NCBI GenBank assembly: GCA_963803805.1 | Contig: CAWDOD010000002.1 | Location: forward strand, 1,056,001 to 1,120,000 | Reading direction: 5' to 3' | DNA length: 64,000 nt | Source of the DNA: an uncultured cyanobacterium | Lineage (GTDB): Bacteria; Cyanobacteriota; Cyanobacteriia; Cyanobacteriales; CAWCAG01 | Part shown: positions 29,901 through 39,405 of the stretch, one piece after another | Position numbering within the stretch: the first letter of the stretch is position 1 | How the letters are laid out: every line of letters begins with the position of its first letter | The notes under the pieces: model-generated | Databases searched by the model: none | Seen by the model: only the letters and a program-made list of their open reading frames with translations | What the model was told of the DNA's origin: nothing | Translations under genes and position numbers: made by a program

Positions 29901-31837
29901 CAATCTTTGAGGAAACGATAGAATTTAAAGCGTTCAGTTATTTCTGTGCAGAGAAAAAATAGCTCTTCAAACTGATCAAAGATCAGAACTGTCAAAAAGT
30001 TTCCCTCTGCATTTTGTTGTAACTGTTTGAGTATGGTGGCGGCAGTTGCAGGTTGCTCTTGTTGGGCTTTTAATTCCCAATTGGGATGAAGTTCCTTTAT
30101 TGCTCTAGCTAATTCTTGGGTTAAATCTTTTTCCCAATCCCACCTTACAGTTTGAACTATAGGTAGAACCTCTCGCGCTCCAATGATCTCTCCCCATAAA
30201 GAGGGAACTAAGCCGGTTTTAATTAAATAGCTTTTTCCTACTCCAGAAGAACCATGAATTACCGTGAGTTTATGATGGCTACTACTCAGGCGTTCTATCA
30301 AATTATTGATATCTCTTTGTCGTCCTGAAGCAGCAATAATACGAGATATATCTAAGTGAGATAAAGGCCCTGAAGGTGAATGACTTGTACCTAAAAAAGC
30401 TCGCAATCCACATTGTTGTTCAATAGATTGCTTTTCTTTTTTTAGCTTGAAAGCAGAGAAATAGTCTTGTTGAGAAAAATAAAGTGATCGCAGTTCTGTT
30501 AAAATTTGTAGATAAAGTTGGGGATTTTCCCTAAGATTAGGTTTTAATCTCTCTACTTTCTTAGCTCGTTCTAAATTTTTGAGAGCTGTTTGTATTTCTC
30601 CCAATTGACCTTGGGCTTGGGCTAAAAGAAATAAATATAAAGCTTGTTGGTTATTGATTTCTGAAGAGGAAACACTTTGAACTTCTAGAGCATTTTCTGC
30701 TAGGGATTTAGCTTCAGTGTAGTCTGAGTTTGCTAACGCCACTTGAGCAAGAAAACCGTAAGCTCTGCCTAAGCGTTGAGTCGAATTATAGGTAGCAGAT
30801 TGCTTGAGAGAAAGCAAAGTTACAGCTTGCAACTCTTCCCAATGGCGAGTTTGTTGTAAGACTTCACTGAGTTTAATGGTCAACTCTGCAACCCACTCCA
30901 AATGGTTTTCTACAGCAAAAAGTTCTATGCAGAGTTGAAAACAGTTCTTAGCCTGCCTCCATTTGGGATGAGAAGGTGAATTGCTTTTCCTGGCTTGATG
31001 ACAATGACACAGAGCCATATGAAACAGTAACAGACCATATATTTCATTAGTCTGGGATTGTTGTTTGCCATCAGGGATTGCTAGTTGTAAAGAATTCCAA
31101 CTTTGTTCATAAAGGTACAAAGCTTTATCTATTTGCTTGTCTTCATAAGCATCTCTACCTAAAATAAAAGACCAAATTGCTTCCAGGATTGGTTCTAAAT
31201 CTATTTGAGCAGCCCTCAAATCTGACTTTGCAAATTCAAGAGCTTGGCGGCGATGACCGACTGGAGAGAGATCGAGGGCTTGGTTAGGTAAGAACTTTGT
31301 GGCACCAGATTCTAATAATTGATTAATGGAATTACTTATGGTTTGTTGCCAAAGTTTGATTAATTCCTGTGTTGGTAATTCAAATTTAATGGAAGTTGAA
31401 GCCCAACTTTTAAAATCTGGAGCAAAGCGAGTTAGTTTTTGGAGAATGTCATCGGTTATCCAAATTACTAAAGGCACAGAGAAATGTTTACGAAATTCAT
31501 CTCTGACTTGATTGGTGGCCACCAATAAAGTCTCTATAGCTTCAACTGATTCTAAACCAAATACTATTAATGCTGAAAAAGAACCAGAATTAATTTCTGG
31601 TTCTAAATTACTAAATAAAGTAGTAACTGAAGTTGGTAAACAAACTTTTTTTAGAGGTGAAGGTAAACCTTCTAAGCTTTCTATTTTTTGAGTGATTTTT
31701 TCCTGGAGAGCAATATAGTTACAACGAACTAGTATTAAGGAAAATTGCCCTAAAGACATTTCTATCGCTCTTTTCAAAGTAGATAGAGAACGCTGATTGA
31801 CATCAACTATTAATTTAGATTGTTTTAATTTACTCAT
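26921..31837 (-). CDS. Large STAND-class NTPase: degenerate N-terminal P-loop-like domain, TPR-like helices, nSTAND1-type NTPase, TM helix, about 14 WD40 repeats
   Basis: GSSGVGKS Walker A, LIFDQFEELF Walker B, LSLREDYL, PVELQVVG, QIVHDYLV, TM IAIGATMAILAIAAGAFGW, repeated GH..V..V.FSPDG..IASAS.D.TVKLW. Confidence 0.88.
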   Translation of the reverse strand: MSKLKQSKLIVDVNQRSLSTLKRAIEMSLGQFSLILVRCNYIALQEKITQKIESLEGLPSPLKKVCLPTSVTTLFSNLEPEINSGSFSALIVFGLESVEAIETLLVATNQVRDEFRKHFSVPLVIWITDDILQKLTRFAPDFKSWASTSIKFELPTQELIKLWQQTISNSINQLLESGATKFLPNQALDLSPVGHRRQALEFAKSDLRAAQIDLEPILEAIWSFILGRDAYEDKQIDKALYLYEQSWNSLQLAIPDGKQQSQTNEIYGLLLFHMALCHCHQARKSNSPSHPKWRQAKNCFQLCIELFAVENHLEWVAELTIKLSEVLQQTRHWEELQAVTLLSLKQSATYNSTQRLGRAYGFLAQVALANSDYTEAKSLAENALEVQSVSSSEINNQQALYLFLLAQAQGQLGEIQTALKNLERAKKVERLKPNLRENPQLYLQILTELRSLYFSQQDYFSAFKLKKEKQSIEQQCGLRAFLGTSHSPSGPLSHLDISRIIAASGRQRDINNLIERLSSSHHKLTVIHGSSGVGKSYLIKTGLVPSLWGEIIGAREVLPIVQTVRWDWEKDLTQELARAIKELHPNWELKAQQEQPATAATILKQLQQNAEGNFLTVLIFDQFEELFFLCTEITERFKFYRFLKDCLNIPYVKVVLSLREDYLHHLLHWERLGDLDVIDNNILTRQTRYHLGELSHEEALNMIKTLTAQSQFQLEDSLIKVLAQDLALARGTVRPVELQVVGAQLQAEKIATLQKYRQLGPNPKTILVGHSLQAVISDCGQQNEDAVWQILFSLTNERGTRPLKTKAELVNSPESGLSEKRRRSKDKELVTGSQLNLILNILVDSGLVFRVREEPEDRYQIVHDYLVPTIRNKYKRRVQQVIEARLKRNQLEISRVRQQRLQAIAIGATMAILAIAAGAFGWRAEVERKVAYNLSFNAELNALSASSETLFVSSKPFDALLEGLRAAHRLKNKEKGVTIKSDTKLKVITALEQAVYGVIESNRLEGHDDVVWDISFNSDGQTIATASRDKTIKIWHPDGSLLQTLKGHDDSVTSVVFNPDGSLLASSSWDGTVKLWQPDGEEILTIPVHSNNVYSVDFSNDGQYLITAGGDGLIKLWNLQGKLLKTISGHVGAVNWASFSPDGKFIASAGEDQLVKLWSIEGKLLKNLQGHTGKVNHLTFSPDSKTIASVSDDKTVKLWNIDGQLINTLQGHEGWVFSVSFSPDGQLVASASDDSQIKLWSREGQLLQTLKGHGDGVTGVGFSPDGQTLASTSYDKTIKLWGRSKLNRQILRGHTDEVKDVSFSPDGELIVSAGKDHTVKLWTREGQLLATLEDHTEPVSSVSFSPDGELIASASHDKTVKLWSRSGELLKTLSGHEDWVLDIAWSNDSQLLASAGRDKTIKIWNAQSGVLQNTLTGHAERVNSLSFSANDQILASGSDDKTLKLWIAGQEGEFSNQRVKTLSGNNSWVLDTSFSPPNNFKLIPAQRGDFPFQSPQLFQTKPESQSNQILATAGYDNTVRLWNLEGEKLKTLKGHTDSVARLSFNPTGEIIATTTWDKTIQLWRLDDTLLHSLEGHQDRVTSVSWSKDGKAIATGSSDHTIIIWNLDIEALTDLSCDWLKNYLQNNPQVRDSDRNLCQ

Positions 31838-31929
31838 GAGAGTTTTTTAATAGCTCTCTTTCAAAAGAATTATTATCAATTTATAATTAAAAATTGGAAA
31901 ATTTGAAATTGAGATTTATCGATGAGATA

Positions 31930-33258
31930 TCAACTAGCTGAAGCTAATAAAGATTGAAATTTAACTGTCTCGGATAAAGCTGGATTAATACCAAACCAAC
32001 GACCTAATTCATCACGATATTCAAAGACAAACATACTGCGTAAAAGAGTGTGATATTCTTTCTCACCTGTAATTACTTGCTGTTGAACTACTTGAGATAT
32101 TAATTCCCATTCATTTTTTTCAATAGCTAAAAGTATGTCATCTCGGTAACCTTTAATAACGTGTTCTAAACATTCCCTCGATAAAGGTGGATCTTCTTGT
32201 TGTAAGCAGTTGTAGAGAAGGCCAAGGAGATTACGAACATGACCCCCACTAATTAAACAAAGTCGGTCTAAGGTTTCAGGACTATCAAATACCTGGGACA
32301 TTGAAGCTAATCTAAATTGGGGGTCGAGATGAGGAAATGCTCTTGCGAGTACTAATTGCCGTAGTAAAGCCATACCTTGAGTATTTTCTTGTCCATCTCT
32401 TTGCTGGGCTGGGACCATAGGCAAAACCTTGGGCGCTACACCGCCACCTAGTCGATTTTTGAGAGCTTGATATTCATTAGAAAAAATTAATGATAATGGT
32501 ATGGTATAAACTACATGACAACTGAGTCTTTGTAGTTGTGGTCCCCGGTCAATAAATAGATACTCTGGCAGTAATCTTTCTTTAGTTGCAGGGCGAGGAG
32601 CAACTCGGTCTAAATTATCAACAATTACTACTAATCCTTTGTAGCCCCTGGCTTTGAGTTCCCTAATTGATGGCTCTAGTATCTCTTCATTGATAGCCCT
32701 TAAAATTCCTTCTACCCTAGGTTCTAAAGATTGTCTAAGCTGTTCCCTTAGTTTGGGGCTTTCTTGAGTTCTTGCGGTTATCCTAGCAATACCTACAGAT
32801 AATTCTGCTTCACCAGAAAGATCAATTGGTGTTTGGAGAAAATCTTTGATATCAGCAAAGAGATTAGCAAAGTATCCTGGCTTTGGCTTAATACCTTCAC
32901 CTTCAAGACTTTCGCTCACAGAACGAGCAATAGCTAAAAGAATATCGCTGATACTAACGTCTACCATATCTAAGTCACGACTGGACTGAAGATAAACCAC
33001 ATGAAACTTTTGTTGTTCTAAGTTGGCTTTTAAGCGCAATAATTCTGTAGACTTGCCACAACCAATATGTCCTGTAAATAGTTGACAAGTGGGATCATCA
33101 GGGGCAAGGCGGGTAATGGTACGCCCTAAAGCTTCAATGATTTTTCCTCCTCGAACTCCCGAAAAATCGATATAGTAATTACGATCTTCAGGTTTGGCTA
33201 GGTCTAGAGTTTTGCTGGGGTTGCAAGCTTGAAAAAATCTGAGTAAGTCTAATTCCAT
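31930..33258 (-). CDS. P-loop ATPase (partner of the STAND-WD40 protein)
   Basis: FTGHIGCGKSTEL Walker A, VVIVDNLDR Walker B, SGGHVRNL. Confidence 0.85.
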   Translation of the reverse strand: MELDLLRFFQACNPSKTLDLAKPEDRNYYIDFSGVRGGKIIEALGRTITRLAPDDPTCQLFTGHIGCGKSTELLRLKANLEQQKFHVVYLQSSRDLDMVDVSISDILLAIARSVSESLEGEGIKPKPGYFANLFADIKDFLQTPIDLSGEAELSVGIARITARTQESPKLREQLRQSLEPRVEGILRAINEEILEPSIRELKARGYKGLVVIVDNLDRVAPRPATKERLLPEYLFIDRGPQLQRLSCHVVYTIPLSLIFSNEYQALKNRLGGGVAPKVLPMVPAQQRDGQENTQGMALLRQLVLARAFPHLDPQFRLASMSQVFDSPETLDRLCLISGGHVRNLLGLLYNCLQQEDPPLSRECLEHVIKGYRDDILLAIEKNEWELISQVVQQQVITGEKEYHTLLRSMFVFEYRDELGRWFGINPALSETVKFQSLLASAS

Positions 33259-33730
33259 ATCAAGGTTTTGGGAGATTTGTACGATTGATGTTAACTACTG
33301 AATTGAGAGTATTTCACCGAGACTCTATTTTCTTTGAGCAGATAATAATAAGAAAAGAAATATTGAACTTTAGGTTTAGCTTGTCTGGGGAGGAAATTAG
33401 GGGACAACTGTGCAAAAAATGGACGGGAACCCAAAAAAGTCAAAGCCAAGTACTTTTTAGCTATTCTCTCTTCAATTCATTTAAAGGAGAATAGCTGAGA
33501 AAAAGGTTGTTTCTCTTCTAATTTCTACCATCCACGTTCCCCCTCTTACCTTCAAGAGGTAAGTCACCCCTCACCCCCAAAAAACAAGGGGTGATTGATG
33601 TGTAGCATTCTTTTTTGATTCTCAGATAAAATCACCAACTTGGAAGTGGTTAAATTAAAATAAGCACAAGCTCTATCCAAGCTAATTTACTTAGGTAGAG
33701 GTAGTCCCAAGTTGTATTGAGAGTGAGTAG

Positions 33731-34534
33731 ATGACAAGCATCACATCAGTCTCTCCGGCAGAACTGAAGAATAGACGGCAAAAATTACAGCGTCGTCGGC
33801 GCATAAAATTTTGGCAAGGCATTTGGCGATCGCTACTTGTTTCAGGTATGGCAGGAGGACTAGTGTGGGCTGTTGCCTTACCCAACTGGGTAATTCGCAA
33901 GCCAGAACAAATCGAAATTGAGGGTAATCAGCTTCTTTCGGTACAAGCAGTTCGCGCTCTCATCCCTATGTCTTATCCCCAGTCAATTTTGCAATTACAA
34001 CCTTCTTCAGTAAGCAAAGGGCTAGAAGATCAAGGTCCTATTGCAGAAGCTAAAACAACAAGACAGCTACTTCCTCCCAGTTTGACAATTGAAGTAAGCG
34101 AACGCAAACCTGTAGCAATTGCCCTACCAAATCAAGGAACTAATTCAGAGATTGGCTATCTTGACGAGGAAGGGGTTTGGATGGCTAAAAGTAGTTACAC
34201 AGGGATAGAACACAATATTCAACTTCCGACCCTCAAAGTTACTGGCTTAAACTCTCAATATATTACTTACTGGCAGGAGATTTATCGAGCTATTATTCGT
34301 TCTGGTGTCAAGATATTTGAGATTAATTTTCAAGATCCTAACAACCTAGTTTTAAAGACGGATTTGGGAGAAGTACATCTTGGTTCTTATACCACCCAAA
34401 TTTTTCCTGAACAGCTTAGGATATTAGCTCAAATGGGTAATCTTAATAGCAAAGTTGAAGGCAGTAAAATTGATTACATCGACCTCCAAAATCCCCAAGC
34501 CCCTGCTCTAAAAATGAAAGATGCTAAAGGGTAA
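33731..34534 (+). CDS. ftsQ: Cell division protein FtsQ
   Basis: Basic N-terminus, TM, POTRA (IEIEGNQLLS...ERKPVA), YIDL C-terminus; lies upstream of ftsZ. Confidence 0.88.
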   Translation: MTSITSVSPAELKNRRQKLQRRRRIKFWQGIWRSLLVSGMAGGLVWAVALPNWVIRKPEQIEIEGNQLLSVQAVRALIPMSYPQSILQLQPSSVSKGLEDQGPIAEAKTTRQLLPPSLTIEVSERKPVAIALPNQGTNSEIGYLDEEGVWMAKSSYTGIEHNIQLPTLKVTGLNSQYITYWQEIYRAIIRSGVKIFEINFQDPNNLVLKTDLGEVHLGSYTTQIFPEQLRILAQMGNLNSKVEGSKIDYIDLQNPQAPALKMKDAKG

Positions 34535-34784
34535 AGTACTATTATTCAAATAGGTAAAAGCCGACCAAAAAACTAATTTCCCCCTTAGGGAGGAATTTCA
34601 TTGGCAGTAGCAACGTCGAAACTAAATCCAGAATCTATCTATATTGAGGGGATAATGCTTGACAAATCTCATATTAAGGAATAGAGATTAGACGTAATTC
34701 AACTGGATTAGATAATATTTGACATAGTTGACTAGCTACATCCTTTAAACATATATAGTTGTTTATTAAAATTTTCTAACTGCA

Positions 34785-36053
34785 ATGACGCTTAATAGTA
34801 AACTAGGGCTAACAGATGAGAACTTTAACAATTCAGAATATACTGACTTGTCGGTGACAGTGAAAAACACTCATCCCTTTAATAATTCTGGGCTACCTTT
34901 CCACCCAAGCAACGATACCAAAGGAGTACCCAGCCAAGAAACAAGGAGTGATAATATCGTGCCAGGTAACGTTGCCAAAATAAAAGTTATTGGTGTTGGT
35001 GGGGGAGGGTGTAACGCTGTCAATCGTATGATTGCTAGTGATATTACAGGGGTTGAATTTTGGTCAATTAATACTGATGCTCAAGCTTTAGCTTTAGCAG
35101 ATGCTCCTAACCGCTTGCAACTTGGACAAAAATTAACCAGAGGACTCGGAGCAGGAGGAAATCCAGCTATTGGTCAAAAAGCGGCTGAAGAATCCCGCGA
35201 TGAGATTGCCCATGCTTTAGAAAATACCGACTTGGTATTTATTACCGCTGGTATGGGAGGAGGGACTGGGACTGGAGCCGCGCCTATTGTGGCAGAAGTA
35301 GCCAAAGAAATGGGTTGTTTAACAGTAGGTGTAGTAACTCGCCCTTTTACCTTTGAAGGCCGCCGCCGCACCACCCAGGCAGAAGAAGGTATTTCCGCTC
35401 TACAAACGCGGGTGGATACTTTAATTGTAATTCCTAACAATAAGCTTTTATCAGTAATTTCTGAACAAACTCCTGTACAAGAAGCCTTTCGAGTTGCAGA
35501 TGATATTCTACGTCAAGGGGTTCAAGGGATATCAGATATTATTATTATTCCCGGCTTGGTAAATGTCGATTTTGCCGATGTTAGGGCAGTGATGGCAGAT
35601 GCTGGTTCTGCTTTAATGGGTATCGGCTTAGGATCTGGTAAATCTCGCGCTAGAGAGGCGGCTGTGGCTGCAATTTCTTCTCCTCTTTTAGAATCTTCTA
35701 TTGAAGGAGCCAGAGGGGTGGTATTTAATATTACTGGGGGAAGCGATCTTACCCTCCATGAAGTTAATTCCGCCGCAGAAACTATTTATGAAGTTGTTGA
35801 TCCCAACGCTAATATTATTTTTGGTGCAGTGATTGATGAGAAGATGCAAGGGGAAATTAGGATTACTGTCATTGCTACTGGTTTTAGTGGTGAAGCCCCA
35901 CCTCCTGCCCCAAAAGGTAAAGCGATCGCAACTCCTAGTAGACCAATAACTCCTCCCCCTAGAGCAGCTAAACCATCTCCTGCCCCTGAACCTAGTGGTA
36001 ATCGTTTAGATATTCCTGAGTTTCTCCAAAGGCGACGTTTCCCTCGGCGATAG
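34785..36053 (+). CDS. ftsZ: Cell division protein FtsZ
   Basis: [36 protein letters not shown] tail. Confidence 0.98.
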   Translation: MTLNSKLGLTDENFNNSEYTDLSVTVKNTHPFNNSGLPFHPSNDTKGVPSQETRSDNIVPGNVAKIKVIGVGGGGCNAVNRMIASDITGVEFWSINTDAQALALADAPNRLQLGQKLTRGLGAGGNPAIGQKAAEESRDEIAHALENTDLVFITAGMGGGTGTGAAPIVAEVAKEMGCLTVGVVTRPFTFEGRRRTTQAEEGISALQTRVDTLIVIPNNKLLSVISEQTPVQEAFRVADDILRQGVQGISDIIIIPGLVNVDFADVRAVMADAGSALMGIGLGSGKSRAREAAVAAISSPLLESSIEGARGVVFNITGGSDLTLHEVNSAAETIYEVVDPNANIIFGAVIDEKMQGEIRITVIATGFSGEAPPPAPKGKAIATPSRPITPPPRAAKPSPAPEPSGNRLDIPEFLQRRRFPRR

Positions 36054-36129
36054 TTATTTAATAACAAAATTTGCTGACATTTACTTGAAATTTCTACTAT
36101 TCTTAGCTTAAGTAAGTTTTGCTATAGTT

Positions 36130-36726
36130 ATGACCTTTAAATCTCAAAGCAATCCCCCCATGCAAAACCCGACGGTTAATGCACCTAAACCAGGCACTGG
36201 CTCTAGCTCCTATCGCCCTTCTGTACCAATCACCGTTTACCGACAACTAGCGGCTGAATTACAATCAACCCAGTCTCAGCTAGGTTCTCTCAAGGCTCAA
36301 AATCAGCAACTAGTTCAACAAAACCAACAGCTACGACAGGAAGTAGATAAACTGCTTCATTCAGCACGGGATGTTCAGCATCTCCTTTCTTCCCTAGATA
36401 GTTCCGGTAACATAGGCACTGACTTTGTTGCGCCTATGATGCCCCCCCAGCCTCAATCTTTTACAAACCAAATTCCTCCTGCCCCACCTCTACCTTCTGT
36501 AGATGTACCTCCAATTCCTTATCTCCCCGAAACTCCTCCTGAAGCTCCTGAACAACTGATAGTAGAAGTTTCAGAAAGTAAGCCTCGCCGCTCTCCCCAA
36601 CCAGAAAGTTCCTCTGATGTGAGTGGTTGGTTGTTGATTTTGGCAATTATTTTGATTGTTTTGACAGCTTTCAGTATGGGATTTTTGATTGTACGACCTT
36701 TACTTAACGGAGATAGCAATCGTTAA
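36130..36726 (+). CDS. Hypothetical protein: coiled coil, Pro-rich linker, C-terminal TM
   Basis: SVPITVYRQLAAELQ...NQQLRQEV; GWLLILAIILIVLTAFSMGFLIVRP. Confidence 0.75.
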   Translation: MTFKSQSNPPMQNPTVNAPKPGTGSSSYRPSVPITVYRQLAAELQSTQSQLGSLKAQNQQLVQQNQQLRQEVDKLLHSARDVQHLLSSLDSSGNIGTDFVAPMMPPQPQSFTNQIPPAPPLPSVDVPPIPYLPETPPEAPEQLIVEVSESKPRRSPQPESSSDVSGWLLILAIILIVLTAFSMGFLIVRPLLNGDSNR

Positions 36727-36770
36727 GGCTTAAGGAAGATTATATTATCAACAGTCTAGGACTTTTGTCT

Positions 36771-36808
36771 TTGCTAATAGCTAATGGCTAATGGCTAATA
36801 GCTAATGG
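36771..36808. repeat. Heptamer tandem array T(A/G/T)GCTAA x5
   Basis: TTGCTAA TAGCTAA TGGCTAA TGGCTAA TAGCTAA. Confidence 0.85.
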
Positions 36809-36872
36809 TTTTACTTCCTCCCTCAGCAAATACCCTGTGCAAATAAACCGGGTTTGGTTGGTTATGTTGCCC

Positions 36873-37682
36873 CTAGCTACCGAGGAATGCCACTAAAGGT
36901 TTGAATATGGGGAGCAATCTTTCTTGGGAAGATACCAAGGTGGGAAAAGGGCAACTGCCGTAATCTTCTCCCACTTTGAGGGGAAAAGCCGGTTCTGATT
37001 TTAAGGAAAGGAAAATACCTCCTGCGGCTTGGACAATAACCCAAACAGCAGCAATATCCCACACTTTAGGGGTCGCTTCTACACCTCCTAAAGCTGTGCC
37101 AGAAGCTACTAAAAGGCAATTATAACTAGCAACACCGATTAATCTTATTTTGCAAGGAAAAGGTTCTTTGAGAACGGCTGTACTGCGGGCGCAGAGGTTA
37201 AAGAGATGATTTTGACTGGGGGAATCTTGGCTAGTTTTGATTAGTTCACCATTTTTGTAAGCCCCTGTTGGACCACTTAAGCCTGATTCTCCATACCAGT
37301 AGCCATGGAAAAACTGCTCAAATTCAGGGAAATAGACTGCTCCAAATAGAGGTGTTCCTTGATAAAGTAAGCCCAGGGAAATACCCCAGATAGGAATCCC
37401 TCGCGTAAAGTTAGTTGTACCGTCGATAGGATCTACAATCCAGCACCAGTCATTTTCTGGGAAGATATGGAGAGTTTCTTCTGTAAGAATGCCGTGTTCA
37501 GGAAAACGAGCCGCGATCGCTTTGCGAATTACTTCATCAGCCCATTGATCTGAGGCTGTAACTAATGTGCCATCAGCCTTACGGGTTGCTTGCACCTGGC
37601 CAAAATCCAACTTAAGCTGGCTACCAACTTCTTTGGTAATGGTACGAGTAAAATCTAAAATATCAATCCAAAAATCTTCCAT
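36873..37682 (-). CDS. Inositol monophosphatase family protein
   Basis: TEE, WIVDPIDGTTNF, KVWDIAA. Confidence 0.9.
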   Translation of the reverse strand: MEDFWIDILDFTRTITKEVGSQLKLDFGQVQATRKADGTLVTASDQWADEVIRKAIAARFPEHGILTEETLHIFPENDWCWIVDPIDGTTNFTRGIPIWGISLGLLYQGTPLFGAVYFPEFEQFFHGYWYGESGLSGPTGAYKNGELIKTSQDSPSQNHLFNLCARSTAVLKEPFPCKIRLIGVASYNCLLVASGTALGGVEATPKVWDIAAVWVIVQAAGGIFLSLKSEPAFPLKVGEDYGSCPFPTLVSSQERLLPIFKPLVAFLGS

Positions 37683-37866
37683 ACTCGATCCTTTTGTGAC
37701 TTGTGAAGTGGTGCGCGATTCTTTCTGAGGAGATGCTTCTCCCGAAGGAGGCGCTGCGCAAACGCTAACGCCAATAAGAATTTTATACCCATAATCTAAG
37801 GAAAAGAAAACAAGTCAATATCTGCTGGCTATAGAACTATTGGCAGAAATTTTAAGGTAAAATTTT

Positions 37867-37891
37867 ATACCCGACTAATTTGGTCGGGTAT
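37867..37891. promoter_or_regulatory. Rrf2-family (IscR type-1-like) operator palindrome
   Basis: ATACCCGAC-TAATTTG-GTCGGGTAT has perfect 9-bp arms and matches the IscR type-1 consensus ATASYYGACTRWWWYAGTCRRSTAT at 24/25 positions; 70 bp upstream of the thrC-like start. Confidence 0.7.
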
Positions 37892-37961
37892 GTTTGACGA
37901 GTATTGTGAGCTGTGTTACTGTTTGTGGAACATTGACAGAAACGAAGATTAGAGTAGAGCT

Positions 37962-39266
37962 ATGACCCAGGTTATCACCCGCGAAAAACAAAGCGATTCG
38001 GCCACTTTTACGAAGCTGGTTTCTAAGGAATCTGGCGCTGAGTATCCCCTCAAGGCACTCCATATTTGCGAAGAGTGCTTTGGTCCTTTAGAAGTTGCTT
38101 ACGACTATGACAAAATTCGTTCTCAAGTAAGCCGGGAAACTATCAAAGCTGGCCCCAACTCGATTTGGCGCTATCGTCCTTTTTTGCCTGTGGCTACGGA
38201 TAACTATATTGATGTTGGCACTGGCATGACTCCTTTGGTTGAATCCAACCGTTTAGCTCGTCGCTTGGGTCTGAAAAAACTCTATATCAAAAACGATGCT
38301 GTCAATATGCCCACCTTGAGTTTTAAGGATCGGGTTGTTTCTGTGGCTTTGAGTCGCGCCCGTGAATTGGGTTTCTCGACAGTTTCTTGTGCTAGTACAG
38401 GGAACTTGGCTAATTCTACTGCGGCGATCGCCGCCCATGCGGGTTTAGATTGTTGTGTCTTCATTCCTGCTGATTTGGAAGCAGGCAAAGTTTTAGGGAC
38501 TTTAGTTTATAGTCCTACGGTAATGGCTGTCGAAGGAAATTACGACCAAGTTAACCGCCTTTGTAGCGAAGTTGCCAATACCCACAAATGGGGTTTTGTT
38601 AACATTAATCTGCGTCCTTACTATTCTGAAGGGTCAAAAACCCTTGGTTTTGAAGTAGCAGAACAACTAGGATGGCAATTACCCGATCATATTGTTGCGC
38701 CTTTAGCTTCTGGTTCTCTCTATACCAAAATCTACAAAGGTTTCCAAGAATTTATCAAAACTGGTTTAGTTGAAGACAAAAAAGTACGCTTCAGTGGCGC
38801 ACAAGCAGAAGGTTGTTCCCCCATTGCTCAAGCCTTTAAAGAAGGAAGGGACTTCGTAACCCCAGTTAAGCCTAATACCATTGCTAAATCTATTGCTATT
38901 GGCAACCCTGCTGACGGTATTTACGCTTTGGATCTGGCTAGGAAAACCAACGGTAATATTGAGTCTGTTACTGACAAAGAAATTATTGATGGCATTAAGC
39001 TTTTAGCTGAAACCGAAGGAATATTTACTGAAACTGCTGGTGGCACAACCATAGCTGTTTTGAAGAAATTAGTAGAAGCAGGTAAAATCAACCCTGATGA
39101 AACCACCGTCGTTTACATTACTGGTAATGGTTTGAAGACCCAAGAAGCTGTACAAAACTATGTTGGCCAGCCTTTGACCATCGAACCCAAGTTAGAAAGC
39201 TTTGAGAGGGCTTTAGAAAGGGCGCAAACTTTAGAGCGCTTGGAATGGCAACAGGTTTCGGTTTAA
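37962..39266 (+). CDS. Threonine synthase-like PLP enzyme (paralogue linked to a sulfur carrier)
   Basis: PTLSFKDR PLP lysine, CASTGNLANS, EGSKTLGFE, IAIGNPADG, TGNGLK. Confidence 0.85.
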   Translation: MTQVITREKQSDSATFTKLVSKESGAEYPLKALHICEECFGPLEVAYDYDKIRSQVSRETIKAGPNSIWRYRPFLPVATDNYIDVGTGMTPLVESNRLARRLGLKKLYIKNDAVNMPTLSFKDRVVSVALSRARELGFSTVSCASTGNLANSTAAIAAHAGLDCCVFIPADLEAGKVLGTLVYSPTVMAVEGNYDQVNRLCSEVANTHKWGFVNINLRPYYSEGSKTLGFEVAEQLGWQLPDHIVAPLASGSLYTKIYKGFQEFIKTGLVEDKKVRFSGAQAEGCSPIAQAFKEGRDFVTPVKPNTIAKSIAIGNPADGIYALDLARKTNGNIESVTDKEIIDGIKLLAETEGIFTETAGGTTIAVLKKLVEAGKINPDETTVVYITGNGLKTQEAVQNYVGQPLTIEPKLESFERALERAQTLERLEWQQVSV

Positions 39267-39405
39267 ATAGAGGAATAACTGGCTGACGGGCAACCAATTT
39301 ATGACTATAATTTACCTTGCTACTTCGTTTACATAGCTTTTAAAGTAAAGAGAAAGCAGGTTGCCCTTAAAAAAAATTGATCATTGGTAATTAATAATTG
39401 AAACT

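Noticed and set aside
33285-33494. 69-aa ORF between the ATPase and ftsQ
   Set aside because: No recognisable features; lies in a divergent promoter region
37705-37775. GC-rich patch resembling a small dispersed cyanobacterial repeat
   Set aside because: Only one copy in the window; cannot be supported without the rest of the genome
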